Below, piece by piece: positions 19,007 through 27,296 of a stretch of DNA of 32,000 bases. The DNA lies in NCBI RefSeq assembly GCF_003946675.1, contig NZ_RHOT01000006.1, positions 1 to 32,000 of the forward strand. The letters run 5' to 3'. This DNA comes from Lapidilactobacillus gannanensis (GTDB taxonomy: Bacteria > Bacillota > Bacilli > Lactobacillales > Lactobacillaceae). The translations under genes and the position numbers were made by a program. The notes under the pieces were generated by a model. It was not told where the DNA came from, made no database searches, and saw only the letters and a program-made list of their open reading frames with translations. The stretch's first letter is position 1; each line of letters opens with the position of its first letter.

Positions 19007-19052
19007 TTTACCGCCCAATTGCGGACAAATGTTTTTTTGTTAGGACTATGTA

Positions 19053-19079
19053 TAACAAAAATAGCCGTTTAGCGGCTAT
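19053..19079 (-). terminator. intrinsic terminator after rny, stem containing the rny stop codon
   Basis: The minus strand reads ATAGCCG-ctaaa-CGGCTAT followed by TTTTGTT. The rny TAG (19078..19076) lies inside the 5' arm. Confidence 0.55.
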
Positions 19080-20644
19080 TTTGCATATTCAACCGTTCGT
19101 GTTTCCCGAATCACAGTCACTTTAATGTGTCCAGGATACTCCAGTTCAGTTTCAATTTTGTTTTTGATATTGCGAGCCAAAATAACTGCTTGATCATCAG
19201 AAATTTCCGCTGGCTTGACGATAACTCTAACCTCTCGTCCTGCTTGAATCGCAAAACTATGGTCAACGCCATCAAAAGCATCAGTAATTGATTCCAACTT
19301 CTCTAACCGATGAATATAATTTTCCAATGATTCTGAACGTGCCCCAGGACGAGCCGCTGAAATTGCATCAGCTGCTGCCACAATGACGGCAATTGGTGAG
19401 GTTGGCTCAACATCGCCATGATGTGAGGCAATTGTATTGATAACAACCGGAGATTCATGATACTTAGTTGTTAATTCAACCCCAATTTCCACGTGGGACC
19501 CTTCGACTTCATGATCAATTGCTTTACCTATATCGTGTAATAATCCTGCGCGTTTCGCTAAATTCACGTCTTCATCAAGTTCAGAAGCTAATACGCCAGC
19601 TAATTTTGCTACTTCAATCGAGTGATTAAGGACATTTTGACCATAACTAGTCCGGAAATGTAAACGACCAACAATCTTAATCAAATCAGGATGCATTGAA
19701 TGCAAACCTAACTCAAAAATAGCCTGTTCGCCAAGATCACGGATGCGTTCATCCATTTCTTTCCGAGCTTTCTCAACCATCTCTTCAATACGAGCGGGAT
19801 GAATCCGACCATCTTGAATAAGCTTCTCCAAAGCAATCCGCGCGATTTCACGTCGAATTGGATCAAACCCACTTAAGACGACTGTCTCTGGGGTATCGTC
19901 AATAATTAAATCAATCCCAGTTAGTGTCTCCAAAGTTCGGATATTGCGTCCTTCACGACCAATAATTCGGCCCTTCATCTCATCATTCGGCAAGTTGACC
20001 ACTGTAACGGTGTTCTCCGTTACCAAATCAGCTGCACTGCGTTGAATTGCATCAACGACTAAATTCTTAGCCTTCTTATCAGCTTCACGTTTAGCATCTG
20101 ATTCACTTTCACGAATCATCACTGCCCGTTCATGCGTCAAATCATCTTTCAACTGGTCCGTAATTTCCTTACGAGCTGCATCCTTTGACAAACCAGCAAC
20201 TCGTTCTAATTCAGTCGCTTGCTTATCAACTAATTTTGCTGCTTTAGCCTGTTGTGCTTCCACTTCAGCCTGTTTAGCAGTCAGTCGATTCTCATGTTCC
20301 TCAAGATTAGCCTCTTTTTTATCTAAGGCCGTATCTTTACGATCCAAAGTTTCTTCACGTTGAACCAAACGATTCTCGGAACGCTGCACTTCGTTACGCC
20401 GTTCTTTTAACTCAGCTTCGATTTCACCACGATAGCGATGACTTTCATCTCGGGCTTCTAACAAAGCTTCTTTCTTAGCTGTTGCTGCTTCTTTTTTGGC
20501 TCTTGCAATAATATCCTCAGCAGTATCTTTTGCTTCAGCAAGTTGTTCTTCATAAGTGCCTTTGCGAATAAAATATCCGACGACAACTCCAAGGCCTAAC
20601 ATGATGAATGCGATTGCGAGGATTATTGGTAAGTTTGGTGCCAT
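19076..20644 (-). CDS. rny: ribonuclease Y
   Basis: N-terminal membrane anchor, coiled-coil region, KH domain (GREGRNIR) and HD domain (LLHDIGK). I take ATG 20644 as the start, with GGAGGTGG upstream, rather than 20677. Confidence 0.92.
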   Translation of the reverse strand: MAPNLPIILAIAFIMLGLGVVVGYFIRKGTYEEQLAEAKDTAEDIIARAKKEAATAKKEALLEARDESHRYRGEIEAELKERRNEVQRSENRLVQREETLDRKDTALDKKEANLEEHENRLTAKQAEVEAQQAKAAKLVDKQATELERVAGLSKDAARKEITDQLKDDLTHERAVMIRESESDAKREADKKAKNLVVDAIQRSAADLVTENTVTVVNLPNDEMKGRIIGREGRNIRTLETLTGIDLIIDDTPETVVLSGFDPIRREIARIALEKLIQDGRIHPARIEEMVEKARKEMDERIRDLGEQAIFELGLHSMHPDLIKIVGRLHFRTSYGQNVLNHSIEVAKLAGVLASELDEDVNLAKRAGLLHDIGKAIDHEVEGSHVEIGVELTTKYHESPVVINTIASHHGDVEPTSPIAVIVAAADAISAARPGARSESLENYIHRLEKLESITDAFDGVDHSFAIQAGREVRVIVKPAEISDDQAVILARNIKNKIETELEYPGHIKVTVIRETRTVEYAK

Positions 20645-20726
20645 ACTTTCCACCTCCGCATCATCAAAAAAATACATTTAGTAAATTTCAAAGATGTTAA
20701 ATTTTTAGATTGATTACACGTCTTTT

Positions 20727-20755
20727 ATTCTAGCGTTTCCAGCGTTGTGTGTCAA
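20727..20755 (-). promoter_or_regulatory. rny sigma-A type promoter
   Basis: -35 TTGACA (20755..20750), 17-nt spacer, -10 TAGAAT (20732..20727). It sits about 80 nt upstream of the rny ATG at 20644. Confidence 0.55.
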
Positions 20756-20873
20756 TGAAACTTCGTGGTTCCTAATCAAGCAACTCATCAGAATACTTCA
20801 TTAAGTTCATCCTAATTCAGTAGTCAGTGCGACATAAAACACCCTAATTCCAACCAAAATAAAAAATATCTGG

Positions 20874-21080
20874 CCGTGACAAAAGGTGGTCAGTCTACTG
20901 AAAATCAACGAAAACCGATAATAGCCTAAGTTTCTTTAGCAAAATAAACCGAATTTTAGCTGCTGCAGTTTGTTCGCAAAAGATAAGCAGTACCACTTAA
21001 CGAAAAAATGCCGAGCAATTCTAACGAATTGTTCGGCATTTTTCGTTAATGCTCGCTGGCTGACCGCCTTTTGTCCCAGG
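20874..21080 (-). repeat. MITE/REP-like palindromic intergenic element, copy B
   Basis: Ends GTGACAAAAGGTGGTCAG (20876..20893) and CTGACCGCCTTTTGTCCC (21060..21077) are inverted repeats, 16/18 complementary. The reverse complement of 21080..20969 aligns with copy A: 33/37 identical over the first 37 nt by hand alignment, with the same hairpin architecture. Confidence 0.7.
21003..21043 (-). terminator. bidirectional hairpin terminator (core of repeat copy B), downstream of recA
   Basis: 13-position stem TGCCGAGCAATTC/GAATTGTTCGGCA with a 4-nt loop. One position is a G-U pair on the plus-strand transcript and an A-C mismatch on the minus-strand transcript. On the minus strand it is followed by TTTTTT. 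Confidence 0.7.
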
Positions 21081-21180
21081 CTGCTTTATTGATGTTTATT
21101 AGCAGATTGCCCTTTGACATATTTTTTGATGTTATTCAAAATTAGGCCAACACTATCTATAACGTCGTTATAGCGTTCAA

Positions 21181-22263
21181 TTATTTATCAATTGGTAAGG
21201 TTGTTTCTTCTGCTTTTTTTCCTTTAGACTTGCCCTTGGTTGCAGGTTCATCTTCTGACTCAACACTGTCGCCGTCCATGTCAAAAGCTTGACGTACCTG
21301 TTTACGAACATCTGCCTCCATTTCAGGATGACTTGCCAAGTATTCTTTAGCGTTTTCACGTCCCTGACCGATTCGTTCGTCGTGATAAGAATACCAGGAC
21401 CCAGCTTTGTTGATAATATCTTTATCAGCGGCCATATCCAGCAACTCGCCGTTACGAGAAATCCCTTTGCCATACATGATATCAACTTCAGCAACTTTAA
21501 AAGGTGGGGCAACCTTATTCTTAACAACTTTAATTTTAGTTCGATTACCAATAATATCCGTCCCATTCTTAATCTGTTCAGAACGACGGACTTCTAAGCG
21601 AATTGTTGCGTAGAATTTAAGTGCGCGACCACCTGGTGTTGTTTCGGGATTACCAAACATGATTCCCACTTTTTCACGAATTTGATTAATAAAGATGGCA
21701 ACCGTTTTAGTCTTATTAATTGTCCCAGAAAGCTTTCGCAAAGCCTGTGACATTAACCGTGCCTGTAAACCAACATGGGAATCTCCCATTTCACCTTCAA
21801 TTTCAGCACGAGGTACTAATGCCGCCACTGAATCGACAACTAATAAGTCAATCGCGCCACTGGTTACTAAGGCATCAGCAATTGCTAACCCTTGTTCGCC
21901 GGTATCAGGCTGTGATAAAAGTAAATCGTCAATGTTAACGCCTAAGGCAGTTGCATAAGCAGGATCCATGGCGTTTTCAGCATCAATGTAAGCTGCTGTA
22001 CCACCAAGTCGTTGTACTTCAGCAACGGCATGCAAGGCAACAGTAGTTTTACCAGAACTTTCTGGTCCATAGACTTCGATAATTCGGCCTCGGGGATAAC
22101 CACCAACACCTAGCGCATGATCTAAGGCAAGCGAACCAGTTGAGATAGTAGATATTTGCGTATCAACTTTATCCCCCATCCGCATAACGGCGCCTTTACC
22201 ATAATTTTTTTCAATTTTCTTTAGCGCGTTTTCCAACGCGGTTTGTCGTTCATCTTTAGCCAT
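21181..22263 (-). CDS. recA: recombinase RecA
   Basis: 360 aa. Walker [10 protein letters not shown] and near-identical blocks to Firmicute RecA throughout. Acidic/basic C-terminal tail. Confidence 0.97.
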   Translation of the reverse strand: MAKDERQTALENALKKIEKNYGKGAVMRMGDKVDTQISTISTGSLALDHALGVGGYPRGRIIEVYGPESSGKTTVALHAVAEVQRLGGTAAYIDAENAMDPAYATALGVNIDDLLLSQPDTGEQGLAIADALVTSGAIDLLVVDSVAALVPRAEIEGEMGDSHVGLQARLMSQALRKLSGTINKTKTVAIFINQIREKVGIMFGNPETTPGGRALKFYATIRLEVRRSEQIKNGTDIIGNRTKIKVVKNKVAPPFKVAEVDIMYGKGISRNGELLDMAADKDIINKAGSWYSYHDERIGQGRENAKEYLASHPEMEADVRKQVRQAFDMDGDSVESEDEPATKGKSKGKKAEETTLPIDK

Positions 22264-22302
22264 AAGTCCTCCTTCTAAGCTTTGACGCTTAGCACATCTC
22301 TA

Positions 22303-22331
22303 ATTTTACCTAGTGCACTACTAAAATGCAA
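22303..22331 (-). promoter_or_regulatory. recA sigma-A type promoter
   Basis: -35 TTGCAT (22331..22326), 17-nt spacer, -10 TAAAAT (22308..22303). It sits about 40 nt upstream of the recA ATG with its GGAGGA SD. Confidence 0.6.
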
Positions 22332-22339
22332 GCTAAAAG

Positions 22340-22353
22340 CGAACAAACGTTCT
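22340..22353 (-). promoter_or_regulatory. LexA/DinR (Cheo) box upstream of recA
   Basis: The minus strand reads AGAACGTTTGTTCG. The consensus is CGAAC-N4-GTTCG, so 9 of 10 defined positions match. It lies 8 nt upstream of the recA -35. Confidence 0.75.
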
Positions 22354-23596
22354 AACTTTTATTTAATTCATCATACAGCAGTTTAAAACCTGCTAGTGCT
22401 GCCCGTTGGCGAATTTCGTTACGTAGGCCGGCGAAATGATATTCTTGAACAATGGTGAATTCATTTGGTCGGGCCAACGCAATATACGTTGTGCCGACTG
22501 CCTGACCCTCTAGCTGCTCCGGACCTGCTACCCCAGTAAAGCCTAGCCCATAGTCACTGCCAATCAAATGACGTGCACGTTCGGCCATTTGTTGTGCCAC
22601 TTCACGACTAACAACACCTTGGTCAGCAATTACTGCTGCCGGAATTCCCAGCAATTCGGTTTTGATGGCATTCGCATAAGTTACAAAACCACCAGCAAAA
22701 ACCGAAGAGGCACCAGCAACACTCGCTAAATCTGCTTGAAATAGACCAGCAGTCAGGCTTTCAGCGGCAGTCACTGTTCGCTTAGCTTGTTTTAATAAAG
22801 CGACAACCTCATTAGGTAAGCGTTGGTTTTCACCATAACCAACAAAATAAGGGGCTAGTCGTGCTGTAATTTGTTGCATGACTGGTTCAATTATAGCTGT
22901 TGCTAAATCAGTTGTGGTAGCACGTGCGGTCACGCGCACGCCTATCTCATAGTCCTTCAGATAGGTTGCAATTGTCGGATTCTGTTGCTGAGCAATAATA
23001 TCAGCTATTTGTGTTGCCAAGAATGACTCGCCTAGTCCGTAGAAGCGCGCCATTTTGGAAACGATCTTCTGTGGCTGACCAGCAATTTCCGGCAAACGTG
23101 GGGCAACCTCAGCCGCTAGCATAGGACTGAACTCGCGTGGTGGTCCTGGTAAAATAAAATAACTATGATCTGGTGTTTTATAATAACAACCAACTGCTAA
23201 GCCGACTTCATTTGCCAGTGGTTCGCCACCGGCCAAATAAAGTGCTTGGGCAAGATTATTAGCCGGCATTTTACGATTCAGCTGTTGTTGCCACGCTTCT
23301 AACTTAGCGATTGCATTTTTATCTTCGACTAATTTGACTGCTAAGTGTTGGGACAACGTTTGTTTCGTCAAATCGTCAGGAGTTGGCCCCAATCCTCCAA
23401 TCAAGATAAGTAAATCGCTACGACCTTCGGCAATTGCAATTGCATCAATTAATCTAGTCGGATTATCACCAACCACAGTTTGATACTGACTTGCAATTCC
23501 CGCCTGAGCCAAAGCTTGGGCCGCTAACTGAGCATTTGTGTTAACAATCTCGCCTAAAAGAATTTCGGTTCCAACAGCAATAATCTCTGCTTTCAT
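22352..23596 (-). CDS. cinA: competence/damage-inducible protein CinA (MoCF-binding domain plus PncC-type NMN deamidase domain)
   Basis: 414 aa from ATG 23596 (GGAGG upstream). The N-terminus MKAEIIAVGTEILLG is typical of CinA. Conserved pgsA-cinA-recA order. Confidence 0.85.
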   Translation of the reverse strand: MKAEIIAVGTEILLGEIVNTNAQLAAQALAQAGIASQYQTVVGDNPTRLIDAIAIAEGRSDLLILIGGLGPTPDDLTKQTLSQHLAVKLVEDKNAIAKLEAWQQQLNRKMPANNLAQALYLAGGEPLANEVGLAVGCYYKTPDHSYFILPGPPREFSPMLAAEVAPRLPEIAGQPQKIVSKMARFYGLGESFLATQIADIIAQQQNPTIATYLKDYEIGVRVTARATTTDLATAIIEPVMQQITARLAPYFVGYGENQRLPNEVVALLKQAKRTVTAAESLTAGLFQADLASVAGASSVFAGGFVTYANAIKTELLGIPAAVIADQGVVSREVAQQMAERARHLIGSDYGLGFTGVAGPEQLEGQAVGTTYIALARPNEFTIVQEYHFAGLRNEIRQRAALAGFKLLYDELNKS

Positions 23597-23706
23597 GCCA
23601 CTACCTCCATATACGCATTTCCATGCGGATTTTTTTAAATTAACAAAAAAAGAACGGGCTGCTGCAAATACCTGCACCAACCTCATTCTTCATTAAAGTG
23701 ATTAAA

Positions 23707-24291
23707 TTAATCATTAGTATCCTTAAAAACTTGGCGATTCTGGATAAAGTAGTCAGCACCAGAATAGATGGTAAAGAATAGGCAAATATACAACAAGACC
23801 AAGCCAATTGGGAAATGAATTGCCGCAAAGAAAATATCATTCAATAACAAGAAAATAATGGCTAACATTTGCGTTGTGGTTTTAATTTTACCTGGCATTG
23901 CTGCTGCCATGACTTGACCATTCTGTTCCACAATCAATAACCGTAGGCCAGTGACCGCCAACTCGCGACAAACGATAATGGCCACTACCCAAGCTGGTGC
24001 CTTTCCTAAAGACACTAGGAAAATAAAAGCAGTCATAACCAACATTTTATCAGCTAAAGGATCAGCAAACTTACCGAAATTAGTCACCAAGTGATTTTTG
24101 CGCGCAATTTTACCATCAAGCATATCAGTTAACGACGCCACAATAAAGATGATTGCCGCAATTAATTGCTGGCGCGGAATCACTGCACCACCAATAACTA
24201 TTTGCCCCCATGGCCAAGTAATTGCCAACAATAGCATAAAAATTGGAATTAGAATAATTCGAAAAACTGTCAATTTATTTGGTAAATTCAT
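23707..24291 (-). CDS. pgsA: CDP-diacylglycerol--glycerol-3-phosphate 3-phosphatidyltransferase
   Basis: 194 aa. CDP-alcohol phosphatidyltransferase motif (DMLDGKIARK ... GKFADPLADK). Membrane protein in conserved synteny. Confidence 0.9.
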   Translation of the reverse strand: MNLPNKLTVFRIILIPIFMLLLAITWPWGQIVIGGAVIPRQQLIAAIIFIVASLTDMLDGKIARKNHLVTNFGKFADPLADKMLVMTAFIFLVSLGKAPAWVVAIIVCRELAVTGLRLLIVEQNGQVMAAAMPGKIKTTTQMLAIIFLLLNDIFFAAIHFPIGLVLLYICLFFTIYSGADYFIQNRQVFKDTND

Positions 24292-24313
24292 TTAAATTAA
24301 CCCACCCTTTAAT

Positions 24314-25228
24314 TTATTCAGAATCACTGGTTGAACTTGCGCTCTGTACATTAAAGGTAAAGGTCTGGACGACTGAAGCACCAGTCGCTGTTGATAAAGC
24401 AACTGACTTATCATTCAGTTTAACCGTTGTATTTGGCGTATTCCCACTTTGAACGGTGAAAACAGTCGTGTCAGCAGGCAAGGTAATGCTATGCGTGCCG
24501 CCAGCTTGTAACACGCCTTGCCAACTAGCCCCACTACCATTATTGATTTGCACTTGAATCCAAGCTGAACCGGAATTAGCACCAACAACTAAGGTGTTCT
24601 CACCACTAGGTAAATCAGTGACTGTAAAAGCATTTGTCGAGCTACTATCTTGTTCGATCTTTAGCTCAGCCTTCTTGGAAGAGCTAGAAGATTTGGAAGA
24701 TGACTTGCTGGACTCACTCTTCTTACTTGATTCTGACGAAGATTCTTTACTAGACTCTTTGACTTTCTTACTCGAAGACACAATTTCAGAACTCTGATCT
24801 GGAATCTGTGTTTTCCGTGAATTAGCCGCGCGCACTGCAAAGAAGTAAAGACTAGCAATCACGATGATCACGACAGCACCAATAATAATTTTACCGGTAT
24901 TATTGCGCAACCAACTTCCAAAAGAAGTTGACTCATCATGTAAAGCACGGGCCTTATTTTCAATTGAGTTTTCAGCATATTCCTTTGGTTGTGGTTCAGG
25001 AATTTTATCACTGTATTGGTCCAACAGCTCGTGACTATCTAACCCAACTGTCTCCGCATATTGTTTAATAAACGCACGTACATAAAAGTCACCGGGGAGC
25101 TGATCAAAATTGCCTTCCTCGATTGCGACTAAGTAACGTTTTTGAATCTTCGTAATTTGCTGCAAATCGTCAAGTGTATAACCTTTTTCAATTCGCGCAC
25201 TACGTAATTTCTTTCCTACTTCATCCAT
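24314..25228 (-). CDS. rodZ: RodZ-like cytoskeleton-associated protein (XRE HTH, TM segment, Ser/Lys-rich linker, C-terminal beta domain)
   Basis: N-terminal HTH (LRSARIEKGYTLDDLQQITKIQKRYLVAIEEGNF), a single TM segment and a low-complexity S/K linker. Occupies the position of B. subtilis ymfM (rodZ) upstream of pgsA. Confidence 0.72.
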   Translation of the reverse strand: MDEVGKKLRSARIEKGYTLDDLQQITKIQKRYLVAIEEGNFDQLPGDFYVRAFIKQYAETVGLDSHELLDQYSDKIPEPQPKEYAENSIENKARALHDESTSFGSWLRNNTGKIIIGAVVIIVIASLYFFAVRAANSRKTQIPDQSSEIVSSSKKVKESSKESSSESSKKSESSKSSSKSSSSSKKAELKIEQDSSSTNAFTVTDLPSGENTLVVGANSGSAWIQVQINNGSGASWQGVLQAGGTHSITLPADTTVFTVQSGNTPNTTVKLNDKSVALSTATGASVVQTFTFNVQSASSTSDSE

Positions 25229-25261
25229 CAGTTATGTTCACCACCAGCTATTATCCTAATT

Positions 25262-25270
25262 ATTATATCA
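25262..25270 (-). promoter_or_regulatory. extended -10 element upstream of rodZ
   Basis: The minus strand reads TGATATAAT (TGn + TATAAT), about 35 nt upstream of the rodZ ATG. I see no good -35. Confidence 0.4.
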
Positions 25271-25308
25271 TACTCTCTGAAGAGGACCTATTAAGATTAC
25301 CTTATATT

Positions 25309-26055
25309 TTACTTCAGCCAACCGCCATCAACATAGAGGGTTTGTCCGGTTAAGTAGTCCGCATCCGCTGCCACTAAATGTGCCACCCACACAGCAATTT
25401 CTTGAGGCTGCGCCAAACGTCCTAACGGGATTTCTGCTTTTAGCGCTGCAAGTTCATTTTCTGAAAAATCGGCATTCATTTGTGTGTTAACTGCACCTGG
25501 GGCCACCACATTAACTGTTAATCCACTCCCAGCAACTTCACGAGCATACGCGTTAGCAAAGCTTGTCTGTGCGCCTTTAACTGCACTGTACAACACTTCC
25601 ATGGCACTGCCAACTGCCCCATAAATTGAGCCAATAAAAACGATTCGTGCATGATCTTGGGCTAACAGGTGTGACTCGGCGGCTCGAATTAACGTCAACG
25701 GTGAAAAAAGATGCAGTTGAAACAATTTTTGTTGTTGCTGCACTGTCGTTGTTGAGAAGAGTTGATAATCAGTCGTGCCTTGCGCAAACACCAACGCTTG
25801 ATAATCACCAAATTGACTTAGCAAATTCGGTTTCAGAAAATTAGGATCCATTAAATCAGCTGAAAAATACTGAAAGTCCTGCTGCGGATACTGCTGACTC
25901 AATTGCTGACAAGCCGTTGCTAGCACATCAGTATGCTGAAAGCCATGCAAAATCAATGACCAACCTGACGCTGCCAACTGTTGGCAAATGGCCTGACCAA
26001 TATCACCAGAAGCACCAAAAACAAATGCACGTTGCTTGCCATTTGATTGTATCAT
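25309..26055 (-). CDS. ymfI: short-chain dehydrogenase/reductase, YmfI-like
   Basis: 248 aa. Cofactor motif GASGDIGQA and catalytic YSAVK. ATGA overlap with ymfH. Same position as B. subtilis ymfI. Confidence 0.68.
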   Translation of the reverse strand: MIQSNGKQRAFVFGASGDIGQAICQQLAASGWSLILHGFQHTDVLATACQQLSQQYPQQDFQYFSADLMDPNFLKPNLLSQFGDYQALVFAQGTTDYQLFSTTTVQQQQKLFQLHLFSPLTLIRAAESHLLAQDHARIVFIGSIYGAVGSAMEVLYSAVKGAQTSFANAYAREVAGSGLTVNVVAPGAVNTQMNADFSENELAALKAEIPLGRLAQPQEIAVWVAHLVAADADYLTGQTLYVDGGWLK

Positions 26056-27296
26056 TTTTCAAAATCACCGCCTACTAATTGGACATTAACCAACTGACTA
26101 TTTTGCAAAAACTTATGAAACTGGGTCTGAACGTCAATTACTTTACGTGTGCTTAGATATTGTTTGATATCGGCAGTTTGCCAGCCATAAAAGCCAAGTT
26201 CGGCTGACTCCAATCCTAAACCGCCTAAAGCATCATCACTGAATAGAATATTGCCAACCATTTCCCGTTTAACCCGCTCAAATAAAGTTGGCTCCAACAG
26301 CACAGTTGGTTGTAATAACTGCTGTAAAACTGCTTGTAATTCTTGTGGGCGCGGTGAATTAGCCGTAAATAAAACATAATTGAATTGGCGCTCAACTGTT
26401 GTATTGAATTGAAAACTGTCATCGACTAAACCAGCATCACGCCATTGTCTGACTGGCAGCGACATTTCGCCAAACAAGGTTGTCAAAGCCAACTCCAAAT
26501 CTAATTGTAGGCAAATAGCCTGACTAAGATTTGTTTCATTAGCTCCCCGTAATCCTAGGCCTAATTTGGTATTAGCAGTAGGTACTGGCACGCCGCTTGG
26601 AGCCGTTTGACTAGATTCAACTACTGGCCAAGTTGCGGGCGACGTCATCACAGCTGACCCTAGTTGTTGCCATAAAGCCGAACGCTGTAAATAATCTGTC
26701 ACTGTTTGCTGAGCAAAATCAGCCACAATTGTTAGTTGCATCCGCTGTGGTTGATAAAAATAGTGATGCGCTGCTAGCAAAACTTCCGGGGTGATCAATG
26801 CCAAGCTATTCAGATCACCAGCAATATCCTCTGCTAAAGCCTGACCAGGATACAACTGCGCCATTAATTGCATTTCTAATTGCCAATCCGGCTGATCTTG
26901 ATACATCTTAATTTCTTGACTAATAATTTGGCGTTCATTTTGAACACTCGCACGCTGAAAATACGGCTCGCTAACTAATGTTGCCAATAAATCAAGATTT
27001 TCCAATAAATGACCAGCGCCAGAAAAATAGTAAGCCGTTTTGGAAGCAGTGGTAAAAGCATTCGTTTGTGCTTGTTGACTGGCAAACTTCTGACTAATAT
27101 CACCACTGGCTTTATTAAATAATTGATGCTCTAAAAAATGTGCAGTACCAGCAGGTAAGACTAAGTTTTCATTAGCTAGCTTGATTCTACGGTCAAGGCC
27201 ACCAAAATCAACCATGACCACTGCAAATTGACTTAAAAAACCTGGTTTATCAATTAAATTGACTGTCAATCCATTACTAAGGTGAAATTGGCTCAT
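26052..27296 (-). CDS. ymfH: M16 family zinc peptidase, YmfH-like (intact HxxEH)
   Basis: 414 aa with the inverted zinc motif HFLEH near the N-terminus. ATGA overlaps at both ends (with ymfF and ymfI). Confidence 0.72.
   Translation of the reverse strand: MSQFHLSNGLTVNLIDKPGFLSQFAVVMVDFGGLDRRIKLANENLVLPAGTAHFLEHQLFNKASGDISQKFASQQAQTNAFTTASKTAYYFSGAGHLLENLDLLATLVSEPYFQRASVQNERQIISQEIKMYQDQPDWQLEMQLMAQLYPGQALAEDIAGDLNSLALITPEVLLAAHHYFYQPQRMQLTIVADFAQQTVTDYLQRSALWQQLGSAVMTSPATWPVVESSQTAPSGVPVPTANTKLGLGLRGANETNLSQAICLQLDLELALTTLFGEMSLPVRQWRDAGLVDDSFQFNTTVERQFNYVLFTANSPRPQELQAVLQQLLQPTVLLEPTLFERVKREMVGNILFSDDALGGLGLESAELGFYGWQTADIKQYLSTRKVIDVQTQFHKFLQNSQLVNVQLVGGDFEK

Noticed and set aside
21177-21958. 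Several ORFs inside recA: 21177..21566 on the same strand in another frame, and 21289..21597, 21407..21613, 21695..21958 and 21720..21938 on the opposite strand.
   Set aside because: All lie fully inside the highly conserved recA reading frame. They have no SD, and their products are low-complexity or odd in composition. They are shadow ORFs typical of a long conserved gene.
23614-23637. Hairpin CGCAT-ttcc-ATGCG followed by TTTTTTT on the plus strand in the pgsA-cinA spacer, considered as a plus-strand terminator.
   Set aside because: The stem is only 5 bp and no plus-strand gene is nearby. On the sense (minus) strand it is preceded, not followed, by the homopolymer run.
23597-23840. The N-terminal extension of cinA to 23686, and the ORF 23640..23840. 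The similar ORF-track extensions of phoP (to 7846), phoR (to 7128), ftsX (to 9191), rny (to 20677) and comFA (to 16462) fall in the same category.
   Set aside because: The extensions lack an SD, run into the upstream gene or spacer, and add residues absent from the conserved family N-termini. Each internal start chosen has a strong GGAGG-type SD.
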